A DNA stretch of 64,000 nucleotides from Anthoceros angustus (taxonomy: Eukaryota; Plantae; Anthocerotophyta), in the NCBI GenBank assembly GCA_010909165.1, contig VJWM01000272.1, forward strand, positions 62,001 through 126,000, written 5' to 3'. The translations under genes and the position numbers were made by a program. Positions 1 to 13,189 of the stretch are shown piece by piece. Each line of letters starts with the position of its first letter. Position 1 is the stretch's first letter. The notes below the pieces were generated by a model that saw only the letters and a list, made by a program, of their open reading frames with translations, had not been told where the DNA came from and made no database searches.

Positions 1-3000
1 GCAATTGAGCCCGGAGATCCCCTATCTCCTTGTCGTGGGCTGCTTCTCCTTGGCATGGCCGCCGCCTCCTCCCGAGGCTCTTCTCCCCGCCTCCGCCTTC
101 AAGCTGGCCTCGGCTTTTCCGGCCGTCTCCCTCCACCGGTTTCGATCACGCCGATAGTGATCCCGGTCGATCTTAGACTTCGCCTCCTCGCCTCCGCCTT
201 CACAGGCCGCCTCCTGCAGGTCTTGGTCGGTCGGCCGCCTCCGCGGTCGCGAGCCTTCTCTGCTTGCGCTCGGGCCTCCTCCGACTCTTTCTGCGCTACC
301 CCTCTCCTCCTGCAGAGGTCTTGACCAGCAGCCTCCTGCACCTTGGTGCTCCTCCGGTGAAGAAACTTAGTCCGTCTGTCGAATGGACTAGACTTCTCTT
401 CGGCCTCCGGCGCTTCCCCTCTTGATGCGGCCGAGCTTCCTTCCTTCGCCTCTGGGCCGCCTCAATGCTCTGGAGGAGCACCATGCGCCTCCTTGTGGCT
501 TCTACCTCACAGGTCTTCTCCATGATTCCACAGGTCCCTAGAGCATACCGTCCATGGCAGTGGCACCCGCCGTGTTTCTTCCACGGCCGCCAGTGAGACC
601 CCAGAAAGTCCGTAGTGGGAGGCGGGCATCTCACGGTCCGCCAAGGTCCATCGCTGGGATCCTCCCGAGTCCGGACTGGGCTCTCGGACCTAATCGGGAC
701 CCTTAGGTCACAGTGGTGAGGTCGAGCTTCACCCTCTTGGCCCTTTTGGCGCGAGCTCCTTTGCCTCTTTCTCCGGGGCTCGGAGGAGGTGAGGGGTCAG
801 GAGCTAGCCCTTTTGCCCCTTCCCGCCTTGAGGGGCTGCGGGACTCGCCCTCTTCCCAGTCCGCCCTCTTCCTCCTTTGGGCGGTTGTAGGCCGCCTCCG
901 CCTCCTTGCGCCTCTTGACCTCTTGCCACTCAGGTGGGTAGGGGTAAGGCAGCACCGTCAGGGTCTTTGCGTTGGTAGCGGTCTTGCGCCTCTTGACTCC
1001 CGAGTCCGGACCTCCTGCTGCGTTGATTGCTCGGAGGAGCACCATGCGCCTCCTTGTTGGCCGCCAACTCTCGCTCGTCGCTCCCTCCTGCTGCGTTGAT
1101 TGCTCGGAGGCACGGGAGAAGGGAAGCGGGATATCTTCCCATACTTCCCTAGGTGGTGAGGGGTCCGCTCGACGTATGGAGTCAGGAATCCTCCCAATCG
1201 TCCTCCTCCGAGTCCGTTTGGCCTTGGGGGTGGCCCCACCTCGGGTGCCCTTGCAGCTCGCTACGGCAAGGCCTCGGTCTTACGCCGCCGCTCGATCTCC
1301 CTCCACCGGTTTCGATCACGCGATAGTGATCCGAGATCACGCCTGTAGATTCCGTTCTCAATTGTAACTTGGGCTGCGGGACTCGCCCTCCTTGCGGTCT
1401 TCCATCTCCGCGTTGCTCAACCTCACGCAATTGAGCCGGAGATCCCTATCTCCTTGTCGTGGGCTGCTTCTCCTTGGCATGGCCGCCCGCCTCCTCGCCT
1501 TCTTCTCGCCTCTGGGCGCCTCGGCTTTTCCGTCTCCCTCCACCGGTTCGATCACGCGATAGTGATCCCGGTCGATCTTAGCGGCTTCGCCTCCTCGCCT
1601 TCACAGGCCGCCCGCCTCTTCCTCCTTTGGGCGGTTGTAGGCCGCCTCCGGTCGCGAGCCTTCTGCTTGCGCTCGGGCCTCCTCCGACTCTTCTGCGCTA
1701 CCCCTCTCCTCCTGCAGGTCTTGACCCGCCTCCTTGCGCCTCTTCCTCCTTTGGGCGGTTGTAGGCCGCCTCCGGTGAAGAAACTTAGTCCGTCTGTCGA
1801 ATGGACTAGACTTCTCTTCGGCCTCCGGCGCTTCCCCTCTTGATGCGGCCGAGCTTCTTCTCGCCTCTGGGCGCCTCCATGCTCACGGAGGAGCACCATG
1901 CGCCTCCTTGTGGCTTCTACCTCACAGGTCTTCTCCATGATTCCAGGTCCCTAGAGCATACCGTCCATGGCAGTGGCGAGCACCCGCCGTGTTTCTTCCA
2001 CGGCCGAGTGAGACCCCAGAAAGTCCGTAGTGGGAGGCGGGCATCTCACGGTCCGCCAAGGTCCTCCATCTCCCTCCTGCTGCGTTGATTGCTCGGGAGT
2101 GGGGTCCGGACTGGGCTCTCGGACCTAATCGGGACCCTTAGGTCACAGTGGTGAGTCGAGCTTCACCCTCTTTGGCCCTTTTGGCGCGAGCTCCTTTGCC
2201 TCTTTCTCACGGGGCTCGGAGGAGGTGAGGGGTCGGAGCTAGCCCTTTTGCCTCTTTCTCCGGGGCTCGGAGGAGGTGAGGGGTCCGCTCGGGCCTCCTG
2301 CTCCTTGAGGGGCTGCGGGACTCGCCCTCCTTGCCTCTTGACCTCTTGCCACTCCGTGGGTAGGGGTAAGGGCACAAGCACCGTCAGGGTCTTTGCGTTG
2401 GTAGCGGTCTTGCGCCTCTTGACTCCCGAGTCCGTTTGGCCTTGGGGTCGGCCCCACCTCGGGTGCCCTTGCCGGCCCTATCTTTCCCTTCGCCTCTGGG
2501 CGCCTCCTTGTTGGCCGCCAACTCTCGCTCCGTCGCTCCCTCCTGCTGCGTTGATTGCTCCGGAGGCACCAGGAGAAGGGAAGCGGGGATATCTTCCCAT
2601 ACTTCCCTAGGTGGTGAGGGGTCCGCTCGGGGCGTATGGAGTCAGGAATCCTCCCAATCGTCCTCCTCCTCCGAGTCCGTTTGGCCTTGGGGTCGGCCCC
2701 ACCTCGGGTGCCCTTGCAGCTCGCTACGGCAAGGCCTCCAGTCCCTTCACGGCGCCGCTCGATCTCCCTCCTGCTCCTTGAGCTCGTAATGTCCCCATAC
2801 ATGGATCGGTATGGGGCGGTCAGATGGCGAGGCTTCTCGTTCCTCGGCTTGCAGGCCTCACAGGCTGAGCAGGCGAAGATAATCCTTCCCCAGTCCGCCC
2901 TCTTCCCCCGCTGTAACGCATGCAGGAACACCAGCAAATTATCACCAAGGTGATCCACCTTGGTGAGCAAGTTCCAATGGACAATAATCAAGACTCGCCC

Positions 3001-4145
3001 CTCTTCCTCCTTTGGGCGGTTGTAGGCCGCCTCAAAACCTCAAGGTCCATCAATCACCCGTTGGTTGTCCTGCGTTCGGGCTTCAACATCGCGCCCTTGC
3101 CGGCCCTATCTTTCCCTTCGCCTTGAGGGGCTGCGGGACTCGCCCTCTTCCTCCTTTGGGCGGTTGTAGGCCGCCTCAAAACCTCAAGGTCCATCGCTGG
3201 GATCCTCCGGAGGTTCTTGGACCGGACCTCCTTGTTGGCCGCCAACATCTTCCGGCGAACTCCGGACCCGGTGACACCGAGCGTCGAACGGCTGGAACAC
3301 GTCCAAATGCCACTCCTCCACCAATTCTCCGCTTCCTCCGGCCATGGCCCAAAGTCCGGATAGCGGGTCACAATGTTGCGCTCTACCGGTTCCATGGCTC
3401 CCAGACCTCCACAGCCTTTTTGGGTGCCATCGCCTTCTTCTCCCTTCGTTCTGGCTTGCGAGGCGGGCGGCACGATCGCCCTCTTCGCGCGTGCTCCAAC
3501 CTTACGCCGCGCGAAGATGCCTGAGCGTTCAAAGAGATGGCGCCAGAGGCGGGTTGCGGAGCGCAAGAGACTGCGAGAATCGCCTCGAGGTCGCGCCGAG
3601 AAATGACCCTCCTCGTCTGCCACGCCGTTGGAGGTAACCGGGAGGAAGGTGCCTCTTCTGTCATGTTGCGCTCTACCGGTTCCATGGCTCCCGGACCTCC
3701 TCGTCGCCACGCCGTTGGAGGTAACCGGGAGGAAGGTGCCTCTTCGCGCGTGCTCCAACCTTACGCGCCGCGCTCTCGGGCGTGAGTACCGCCCTCTTCG
3801 CCGCGCCCTTGCCGGCCCCTACGGTCTGATGCGCATGCCCGTCCACCTCTCAACACCATCACGTGGCGCCCGCCTAACTTACGCTCGAACTTCTAAGTTA
3901 CCTTACTTGGCGTACTTATCCCATTTGCTCCGGAGTGGGGTCCGGACTTACCTGGTCCGTTCTGTGCGCGGTCCGTCCCAACCCTTGGTGTTCAGTTCGT
4001 AGCTCCTCCGGAGTCCTGGGACCTACTCCGGAGTGTAGTCCGGAGTATTCCGGACCTATTCCTTCCTTTCCGCCTTATTTCTACTTCGGACCTATGCAAA
4101 AAAAACAAAACCGACTCATTTCCTAACCCTAAGAAGTCCGTAGTC
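1..4145 (-). mobile_element. Scrambled, GC-rich retroelement-like region made of shuffled repeated segments
   Basis: The same 30-150 bp segments recur in shuffled order, e.g. ctcttcctcctttgggcggttgtaggccgcctc at ~867, 1617, 1740, 3001 and 3145. Minus-strand fragments such as LLVFLHALQRGKRADWGRIIF resemble retroelement accessory ORFs. No RT or integrase motif was seen. Confidence 0.35.
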
Positions 4146-5089
4146 CATGCCTATTTACAGTCCATGTCATTTACGAAGGAACATATTGTATCTCGATTCG
4201 GGCATTTTGTGCTTCGTATGAGGGTTGTGTAGGGGCACATTAGTTGAAGGTGTTCTTCGACATGAATGTGTGGCATCCCTCACTCTATGCAAACATAGGA
4301 GACACGAGTGTATCGGCTAAGCTAGTCAAAGCGGTGGCTGCAAAGGACCGATGCTATGCTCACTACACGCAGCCTTGGAGAGTCTTCGATGGCGCACCAG
4401 CTCGACACTCATTTTAAAGGCCAACATAGAGTATGCAACCGTGGTGAATGGTCATGTCATTTTGGGACAAAAGAGGACCTTGCGAGCTGAGCGAGTTCCA
4501 AGGTTCAAGCTCTCAATCTGTGAATAGTCTTTTCCGCTAGGTGTCCATATTCCGCACATGTAGTTTTTAGCATTACACAAGTAGGATGTTTCTTGCAAAC
4601 TCGAGGTGTACATTATAGGATCAAAATCTAGCGGGAGAAAAGATCTGAAACTTCTACACTATCCCCGCAAGTAGTGCAAGTGAAAGAAGAGCCTATTGTT
4701 GGGAGTACTTATCCTAACCATGGTGTAGAAGCGGGAAAACGAAGAGGTTTGGCGGTGATTGTGAGTATGGAAGTGACAGACTGGAGGAGGCTGTAGGCAG
4801 AGGCGACTTGAAGCTCTTTTGAGACTTTGGCATTTGAATCGATATATTAGTGGACGGTTACGAGAGTGTGAAAGCACGATTTAGGGCGTTGCCAAACTCC
4901 CTACCTAGCTAAGGACGATTGCTTTTTGTGTTGCATCAATGCTCATGGGGGATTGAAGAAGATGGCACAGTACATTCTCATAAGCGGAGCACGGAGAAGC
5001 TATATGTTGATGATGACATCTTGAAGCCCATCTCTGAATCCACATGGATGAGAGACAAGCCCAAGGTGTTTTTGATCAATACTTGTCGA

Positions 5090-5613
5090 GAATCGCCTCG
5101 AGGTCGCGCCAGAAATGACCCTCCTCGTCGCCACGCTTGGAGGTAACCGGGAGGAAGGTGCCTCTTCAGAATCGCCGAGGTCGCATGGCTTACTCGGTCT
5201 TACGCGCGTGCTCCAACCTTACGCGCGTGCTCCAACCTTACGCCGCCGCTCTCGGGCGTGAGTACCGCCTCGTGCCACTGGCCCCTACGGTCTGATGCGC
5301 ATGCCCGTCCACCTCTCAACACCATCCACGTGGCGCCGTCCTGCCTAACTTACGCTCGAACTTCTAAGTTACCTTACTTGGCGTACTTATCCCATTTGCT
5401 CCGGAGTGGGGTCCGGACTTACCTGGTCCGTTCTGTGCGCGGTCCGTCCCAACCCTTGGTGTTCAGTCCGTAGCTCCTCCGGAGTCCTGGGACCTACTCC
5501 GGAGTGTAGTCCGGAGTATTCGGACCTATTCCTTCCGCCTTATTTCTACTTGGACCTATGCAAAAAACAAAACCCGACTCATTTCCTAACCCTAAGGGAA
5601 GTCCGTAGTCCAC
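5090..5613. repeat. Second copy of the element-end segment (matches ~3575-4145), ending ...GTCCGTAGTCCACA at the junction with the COR-tail sequence
   Basis: Direct repeat of 3760-4145. It ends in CA, as LTRs do, immediately before gctatttacagtccatgtc, where homology to the Roco gene at ~22057 starts. Confidence 0.6.
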
Positions 5614-5628
5614 AGCTATTTACAGTCC

Positions 5629-6018
5629 ATGTCATTTCTGAAGGAACATATTGTATCTCAGATTCGGGCATTTTGTGCTTCGTATGAGGGTTGTGTAGGG
5701 GACACATTAGTTGAAGGTGTTCTTCGACATGAATGTGTGGCATCCCTCACTCTATGCAAACATAGGAGACACGAGTGTATCCTGACAGCTAAGCTAGTCA
5801 AAGCGGTGGCTGCTGCAAAGGACCGATGCTATGCTCACTACACGCAGCCTTGGAGAGTCTTCGATGGCGCACCGAGCTCGACACTCATTTTAAAGGCCAA
5901 CATAGAGTATGCAACCGTGGTGAATGGTCATGTCATTTTGGGACAAAAGAGGACCTTGCGAGCTGAGCGAGTTCCAAGGTTCAAGCTCTCAATCTGTGAA
6001 TAGTCTGCTTTCCGCTAG
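5629..6018 (+). CDS. C-terminal COR-region fragment of a TORNADO1-like Roco protein (5'-truncated paralog)
   Basis: MSFLKEHIVSQIRAFCASYEGCVGDTLVEGVLRHECVASLTLCKHRRHECI is nearly identical to the translation at 22071-22230 of the downstream Roco gene. Confidence 0.8.
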
Positions 6019-7082
6019 GTGTCCATATTCCGCACATGTAGTTTTTAGCATTACACAAGTAGGATGTTTCTTGCAAACTCGAGGTGTACATTATAGGATC
6101 AAAATCTAGCGGAGAAAAGATGCTGAAACTTCTACACTATCCCATAAGTAGTGCAAAGAAGAGCCTATTGTTGGGAGTACTTATCCTAACCATGGTGTAG
6201 AAGCGGGAAAACGAAGAGGTTTGGCGTGATTGTGAGTATGGAAGTGGACGGACTGGAGGAGGCTGTAGGCAGAGGCGACTTGAAGCTCTTTTGAGACTTT
6301 GGCATTTGAATCGATATATTAGTGGACGGTTACGAGAGTGTGAAAGCACGATTTAGGGCGTTGCCAAACTCCCTACCCTAGCTAAGGACGATTGCTTTTT
6401 GTGTTGCATCAATGCTCATGGGGGATTGAAGAAGATGGCACAGTACATTCTCATAAGCGGAGCACGGAGAAGTCAGTATGTTGATGATGACATCTTGAAG
6501 CCCATCTCCGAATCCACATGGATGAGAGACAAGCCCAAGGTGTTTTTGATCAATACTTGTCGAGGCCTGGTAGCCTTATCACAAGCGAAGGCTAAGGACT
6601 CTAAAGTTGAGAGTAGCCAAATTGTGAGCAAGAGAGCCGGAGAAGTCCGACTCGATTCGGGCATTTTGTGCTTCGTATGAGGGTTGTGTAGGGGACACAT
6701 TAGTTGAAGGTGTTCTTCGACATGAATGTGTGGCATCCCTCACTCTATGCAAACATAGGAGACACGAGTGTATCACAGCTAAGCTAGTCAAAGCGGTGGC
6801 TGCAAAGGACCGATGCTATGCTCACTACACGCAGCCTTGGAGAGTCTTCGATGGCGCACCAGCTCGACACTCATTTTAAAGGCCAACATAGAGTATGCAA
6901 CCGTGGTGAATGGTCATGTCATTTTGGGACAAAAGAGGACCTTGCGAGCTGAGCGAGTTCCAAGGTTCAAGCTCTCAATCTGTGAATAGTCTGCTTTCCG
7001 CTAGGTGTCCATATTCCGCACATGTAGTTTTTAGCATTACACAAGTAGGATGTTTCTTGCAAACTCGAGGTGTACATTATAG

Positions 7083-7916
7083 GATCAAAATCTAGCGGAG
7101 AAAAGATCTGAAACTTCTACACTATCCCATAAGTAGTGCAAAGAAGAGCCTATTGTTGGGAGTACTTATCCTAACCATGGTGTAGAAGCGGGAAAACGAA
7201 GAGGTTTGGCGTGATTGTGAGTATGGAAGTGGACGGACTGGAGGAGGCTGTAGGCAGAGGCGACTTGAAGCTCTTTTGAGACTTTGGCATTTGAATCGAT
7301 ATATTAGTGGACGGTTACGAGAGTGTGAAAGCACGATTTAGGGCGTTGCCAAACTCCCTACCCTAGCTAAGGACGATTGCTTTTTGTGTTGCATCAATGC
7401 TCATGGGGGATTGAAGAAGATGGCACAGTACATTCTCATAAGCGGAGCACGGAGAAGTCAGTATGTTGATGATGACATCTTGAAGCCCATCTCCGAATCC
7501 ACATGGATGAGAGACAAGCCCAAGGTGTTTTTGATCAATGCTTGTCGAGGCACTGGTAGCCTTATCACAAGCGAGAAGGCTAAGGACTCTAAAGTTGAGA
7601 GTAGCCAAATTGTGAGCAAGAGAGCCGAGAAGTCCGACTCACATTCATGAAAGATTGTCTCATCTTCTTCTCGACAAGTCATGGACAACGATCCTTGAGA
7701 TCTTGAGAAAGGCACATACTTTATCACGGCTTTGATGAAAGCCATCATTCAAGGGTCTCAAGAAGGGATGATGTATGACATTTTAACATCGATTATTGCC
7801 GAGGTCACGAGATAGAAGTCAAGCTCCCAAGTGAAGCGAAGCCGCTCGAGAAGAGATCCCGATGTCCCGAGTTGTACTCCACACTCACAAGAAAGCTTTG
7901 CTGGTCTTTACCATAA
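7083..7916 (+). pseudogene. Additional frameshifted caspase-like copy (p20 + p10)
   Basis: Contains CCINAHGG, KPKVFLINACRGTGSLITSEKAK and FFSTSHGQRSLR. It has many indels relative to the 8650-9501 copy. Confidence 0.75.
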
Positions 7917-8649
7917 GTTCACTCACCGGCCGACGGAGTTCGGTGTGGCCATGTTCCTTCATCCGTAACTGTAATAGAATCATCGTTCCCAACAAGACAC
8001 TAATGGTGCAAGAAATTGCTTCTAATGAGGCCTTCTCATTTGTCCTTTTCTCATTTCTTGCTCGATGGCTCGCACACAATTTGGAGGAGAAACGACTCTT
8101 CCGTGGATGAACCTGTAGGTGAGAGCTCATGGACTTTAGGGAGGAAAGAACAAGGGAGTTATGGAGTCAGTACTCTTTGGTTTCAAGAAGCAAGTCCATG
8201 TCATTCAAGGAACATATTGTATCTCGATTCGGGCATTTTGTGCTTCGTATGAGGGTTGTGTAGGGGCACATTAGTTGAAGGTGTTCTTGACATGAATGTG
8301 GCATCCCTCACTCTATGCAAACATAGGAGACACGAGTGTATCCGACTAAGCTAGTCAAAGCGGTGGCTGCAAAGGACCGATGCTATGCTCACTACACGCA
8401 GCCTTGGAGAGTCTTCGATGGCGCACCAGCTCGACACTCATTTTAAAGGCCAACATAGAGTATGCAACCGTGGTGAATGGTCATGTCATTTTGGGACAAA
8501 AGAGGACCTTGCGAGCTGAGCGAGTTCCAAGGTTCAAGCTCTCAATCCTGTGAATAGTCTTTTCCGCTAGGTGTCCATATTCCGCACATGTAGTTTTTAG
8601 CATTACACAAGTAGGATGTTTCTTGCAAACTCGAGGTGTACATTATAGG

Positions 8650-9501
8650 ATCAAAATCTAGCGGAGAAAAGATCTGAAACTTCTACACTATCCCATAAGT
8701 AGTGCAAGGCGTGAAAGAAGAGCCTATTGTTGGGAGTACTTATCCTAACCATGGTCTAGAAGTAGGAAAACGAAGAGGTTTGGCAATTATTGTGAGTATG
8801 GAAGTGGACAGACCTGGAGGAGCTGTAGACAGAGGGCGACTTGAAGCTCTTTTTGGGACTTTGGCATTTGATACTGATATATTAGTGGACGGTTCTGAGA
8901 GTGTGAAAGCACGATTTAGGAGCGTTGCCAAACTCCCTACCCTAGCTAAGGACGATTGCTTTTTGTGTTGCATCAATGCTCATGGGGGGATTGAAGAAGA
9001 TGGCACACAGTACATTCTCATAAGCGGAGCACGCCGGGAGAAGCTGTATGTTGATGATGACATCTTGAAGCCCATCTCTGAATCCACATGGATGAGAGAC
9101 AAGCCCAAGGTGTTTTTGATCAATACTTGTCGAGAACAGCCTTATCACAAGCGAGAAGGCTAAGGACTCTAAAGTTGAGAGTAGCCAAATTGTGAGCAAG
9201 AGAGCCGGAGAAGTCCGACTCACATTCATGAAAGATTGTCTCATCTTCTTCTCGACAAGTCATGGACAATCCTTGAGATCTTGAGAAAGGCACATACTTT
9301 ATCACAGCTTTGATGAAAGCCATCATTCAAGGGTCTCGAAGAAGGGATGATGTGTACAGCATTTTAACATCAGTTATTGCCGAGGTCACAGAGATAGAAG
9401 TCAAGCTCCCAAGTGAAGCAGGAAGCCGCTCTGAGAAGAGATCCCAGTGTCCCGAGTTGTACTCCACACTCACAAGAAAGCTTTGCTGGTCTTTACCGTA
9501 A
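8650..9501 (+). CDS. Caspase-like cysteine protease domain (clan CD, peptidase C14; p20 + p10), frameshifted in this assembly
   Basis: p20 reads KRRGLAIIVS...DRPGGAVDRGRLEALFGTLAFD...DCFLCCINAHGG...WMRDKPKVFLINTCR. p10 reads KDCLIFFSTSHGQ.SLR...GTYFITALMKAI...DDVYSILTSVIAEV...QCPELYSTLTRKLCW. Motif order and spacing match the caspase fold. Confidence 0.85.
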
Positions 9502-10029
9502 GTTCACTCACCTGGCCGACGGGAGTTCGGTGTGGCCATGTTCCTTCATCCGTAACCAGATTGTAATAGAATCATCGTTCCCAACAAGACACTAATGGTG
9601 CAAGAAATTGCTTCTAATGCGGCCTTCTCATTTGTCTTTTTCTGCTCATTTCTTGCTCAGTGGCTCGCACACAATTTGGAGGAGAAACGACTCCTTCTGT
9701 GGATGAACCTGTAGGTGAGAGCTCATGGACTTTAGGGAGGAAAGAACAAGGGAGTTATGGAGTCAGTACTCTTTGGTTTCAAGAAGCAAGTCCGGATGTA
9801 AGCGTTCCTCGACCGAATGACTTCTAGTCCTTTTGCATATTAGATGTGTGTTCCATCTTCTTGAGCGGCCGGACATGATGTCCCTCATCAAACCGCTGAG
9901 GCTTGCATTTCTTTCACGATGAGAAAACACAAAGCGCGACAAGAGCTCACAGAGTGGTGCCAAACCCTCATCTCCGTGTTAGGGCTATGACATTTTGTTG
10001 TTGAAACTGGATAAGGTTACTTTTCATGC

Positions 10030-10870
10030 ATCACCGACAAAAGACAAACATGTATGTAAGTTTGTGTTGTCCTTCCAGTTGTGCCGGTGACAACAGAATG
10101 TCTGCGTGCCGTTCTAGGACTTTGAACAGTTTCGCGGAAATGGCGAGGTCCAGTGTGGGAACTTGCTTTGTGTAAACCTGTGGATGACACTTACCTAGAA
10201 TCATTTGTGCCGGAATTTTAGAACCTGTTGTCACAGCTTGATCGAGGTTGAACACCGAGATCAATCACCCCGAAGGAGCAGCGAAACTTTGATGCGATGC
10301 TAGCGTGTTCCGGGAGCGAGAGCAAGCTGGGAAGCTATGCACAATTTGTATAGCATGATTGTGGCCAGAACTCGGTAAGCAACCTGGTGCCACCAGTCGG
10401 TAGAAGCACCCTAGCGCCGGTCCTTCTACTAGCCTTCATGGGTAGCGTATATGACTATATAATCGCCATGTCTATCCATGACAATCTTTGTTTCTGTTTA
10501 TGTTTATCCTTGTCTATATTGCTATGATTATTTGCAAGGTACAATTCTCAATTAGAGTATAGAGTACTTTACTAGGACTTACAACAAAAATATATATTTA
10601 CTTTTAAATATCTAGAATGACAACAAAGAAGCCTTTTATAGTCCACTTGGACAGAATTTCCTTAACAACTTGTATCATGGTGCACACCTCAAGAAAAACG
10701 TGCTCAACAAAAACAGAACCCTGGAACATGGAGGAACGCCAATCACGCTCGTGTTTGAGTCACGGATCTGAGTACTAAGACATGAGTCAAGTCTCCGGGT
10801 ACTAAGACATGAGTCACATCTTTGAGTACGAAAACAATACTAATAGGCTAAAAATGGACAGACTCTTCTA
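10030..10870 (-). mobile_element. Possible LTR retrotransposon remnant (LTR-like segment, degenerate PBS, gag-like fragment)
   Basis: Minus-strand TATA-like ctataaaaggc at ~10631-10641. Short direct repeats (gtactaagacatgagtca x2) at ~10772-10816. aacctggtgccacca at 10381-10395 loosely resembles the reverse complement of a tRNA-iMet PBS. Support is weak. Confidence 0.25.
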
Positions 10871-11495
10871 ATGAGGGCCGAATGCAATATGTAAACGCCA
10901 GTGTGTGGAGCGTGAGTGGCACAAGAAGATGCCAGTAGGTCAGACTGCATACCCGATCATCGGTACATGTACTTGATGAGCAACAACTGAGGCCCCCAGC
11001 AACACAGCATTTGACGGCGAGCATAGACGCATGGGAACAAGTTAGAACTCATCCTGGAAGTCAGCCGTCAGTGTGTCAACCTTCAGGCTCTCAACATGGA
11101 GTTGATTCTTAGGACTTGTAGAAGTCAGCAGAGCAATGCATGTCTGCAACTACCGGTGGTGAGGAACTGCCGACCTGGCACCTCCTGATGTTGCAAATCA
11201 CTGCATGATGCATTCTTTGACAGATGCTATATGCTTGGTTTGGTTGCAGCGGAGGCATCTGGGCAGGCACGATGGCGGGAGAAGTCGCTGGCTATCTCTC
11301 CGCAGTGATGCCGGTTCATGTCAGATAAGGTAAATTGGGCACTTGTGGTGATGATGCTCATGTGTTTGCACTGTTTGGGGCCGGTGTTTTGATCACGCCC
11401 CAATGCAGGCAGCCCCAAGTTCGTGTAATGGGTACACAGCACAGCAAGGGAGGTAAACCACGTGAAGAGGAACATCTGAGTAAGGAGTAAGGCCG

Positions 11496-12625
11496 TTGAG
11501 GTCCTGGACCTTCTGGTGCAGCCAGGGTGGTATGTACACGTCCGCATCTTTCTTCCATCAGGTCATCAAGAGGTGCATTGCACACAAAGATCTGGGTGCT
11601 GGCAGGTGTGCATACCCTGATTGTCAGAAGTGGGTATGTGGCAGCAGATTCTTGGCTAATCACGTCATCCGCGTGTATGCTGCCTATGGGAGGTTGGAGG
11701 ATGCGTTGCAGGTTTTGAATGGATTGGCTGCTCCCAATGCTTATTCGTGGTCCTCCAGAGTTGAGGCACATGTTGACAATGGACAGGCCAGGCAGGCAAT
11801 CGAGATCTATTTGAGGATGGACAGTCATCCCCTATGTTGGCAGATAATCATCTGTTTGTGGCAGCATTTAAGGCTTGTGCCAGTGCAGAAGATCTGACAT
11901 CAGGCAGACAGGTCCATTCCGATGTCCTGAGTAGTGTGCTTGAGCCTGATGTGTTTGTTGGGAGCTGCCTGGTGGAAATGTATGCAAGATGTGGGAGGTT
12001 GGATGATGCTCGCACAATCTTTGACAAGTTGGACTCGAGAAACGTGGTCACATGGAATACGGTGCTTGGAGGGTATGCTCAGGGTGGGCGTGGGCAAGAA
12101 GCCCTTGCGCTCTATGCAAGTATGCAAGAGGAGGAATCCACCTGCCTGACCATGTCACGTTTTGTGCCTCCTCAAAGCATGTGCTAGCAGTGGAACACGA
12201 CACCAGGAAGGCAGCTTCATTCACAAATACAGGAAGCAGGTGTCGGATCTGAGGTGATGGTGGGAGCTGCCTCATAGATATGTATGCAAGATGTGGAAGC
12301 TTGGATGATGCCCGGACTGCCTTTGACAACATGACCAGAAGAAATGTGGTGACCTGGAACGTGATGCTCGCAAGATATGCTGATGGTGGGCTAGGTGAAG
12401 AAGCCCTGTCTCTTTATGCAACTATGCAACAGGAGGGCGTTACTTCAGCAGATCACGTAACTTTGTGTGCCTTCTGAAAGCATGTAAAAGCATCGGGGCA
12501 TTGGAGCAGGGAAGGCAGCTACATGACCAGGTTCAGGAGATGGGCTGCAAGTTGACGTGGTCATTTCGAGCTGCCTGGTGGACATGAATGCAAAGTGTGG
12601 GAGCTGAGAGGATGCCCGCAGGGTG
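11496..12625 (+). pseudogene. PLS-class pentatricopeptide repeat protein, frameshifted and lacking E/DYW domains
   Basis: Motifs include FLANHVIRVYAAYGRLEDALQV, DVFVGSCLVEMYARCGRLDDARTIFDKLDSRNVVTWNTVLGGYAQGGRGQEALALY and MYARCGSLDDARTAFDNMTRRNVVTWN. Confidence 0.85.
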
Positions 12626-13189
12626 TGACTGCCATTGCTTCTGGGAAGCTACGTGCATCCACGACTTGCTCCAAAGACAGCTCACCTTGGGAGCATCACG
12701 TGGCAGAGGAATATACCTGTTCTACAAAGCAGTCTTAGTGAGATGAAAGAGCATCGCTTGACGGGGTCAAGAGGAACGTGCCTCATGTTCTGAAGTTCTG
12801 GAGCCCAGCAGACAGTGTACGGATTGGGGCTGGACATCTCGCTTCCTTTCACGGAAGAGCCATCTTCATGGACGAAAGAGAGAGTGCAGCGCTCCTGAGG
12901 CTGACAGCCACTCACAAGGCATCCGACAAAGCACAGAAAAATGTCGTCCGAAACCACTGGTGTCAGGAATGCCTTGTCGTGCAAAGTCCACAGTGTAGAC
13001 AGGTTGGGAACAAGTAGCTAGAGGGCGCCTTTGCAGGCGTGCAGAAGTTGCTCCACTGCATGCTTCTCCGCGCCGCTGGCCAGCACTGGCCAGCAGAAGT
13101 GGATTCGAATCTCCCAATCACACTTGCACGCTTTTGTTGCAACTTGCAAGAGCCCACATTGATCCATATAAGATAATTGGGATGAGCAG

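Larger units (their letters stand above)
4150..9800 (+). repeat. Four tandem copies (~4150-5090, 5614-6652, 6652-8193, 8193-9800) of a COR-tail + intron + caspase-like exon unit
   Basis: The near-identical sequence gattcgggcattttgtgcttcgtatgagggttgtgtagggg occurs at ~4195, 5661, 6654 and 8226. Copies 1 and 2 stop within or just after p20. Copies 3 and 4 include p10 and the 3' flank. Confidence 0.9.

Noticed and set aside
8702-9501. Plant metacaspase (type I/II)
   Set aside because: It lacks metacaspase-type motifs (HYSGHG, DxCHSG). The motifs follow the caspase pattern instead.
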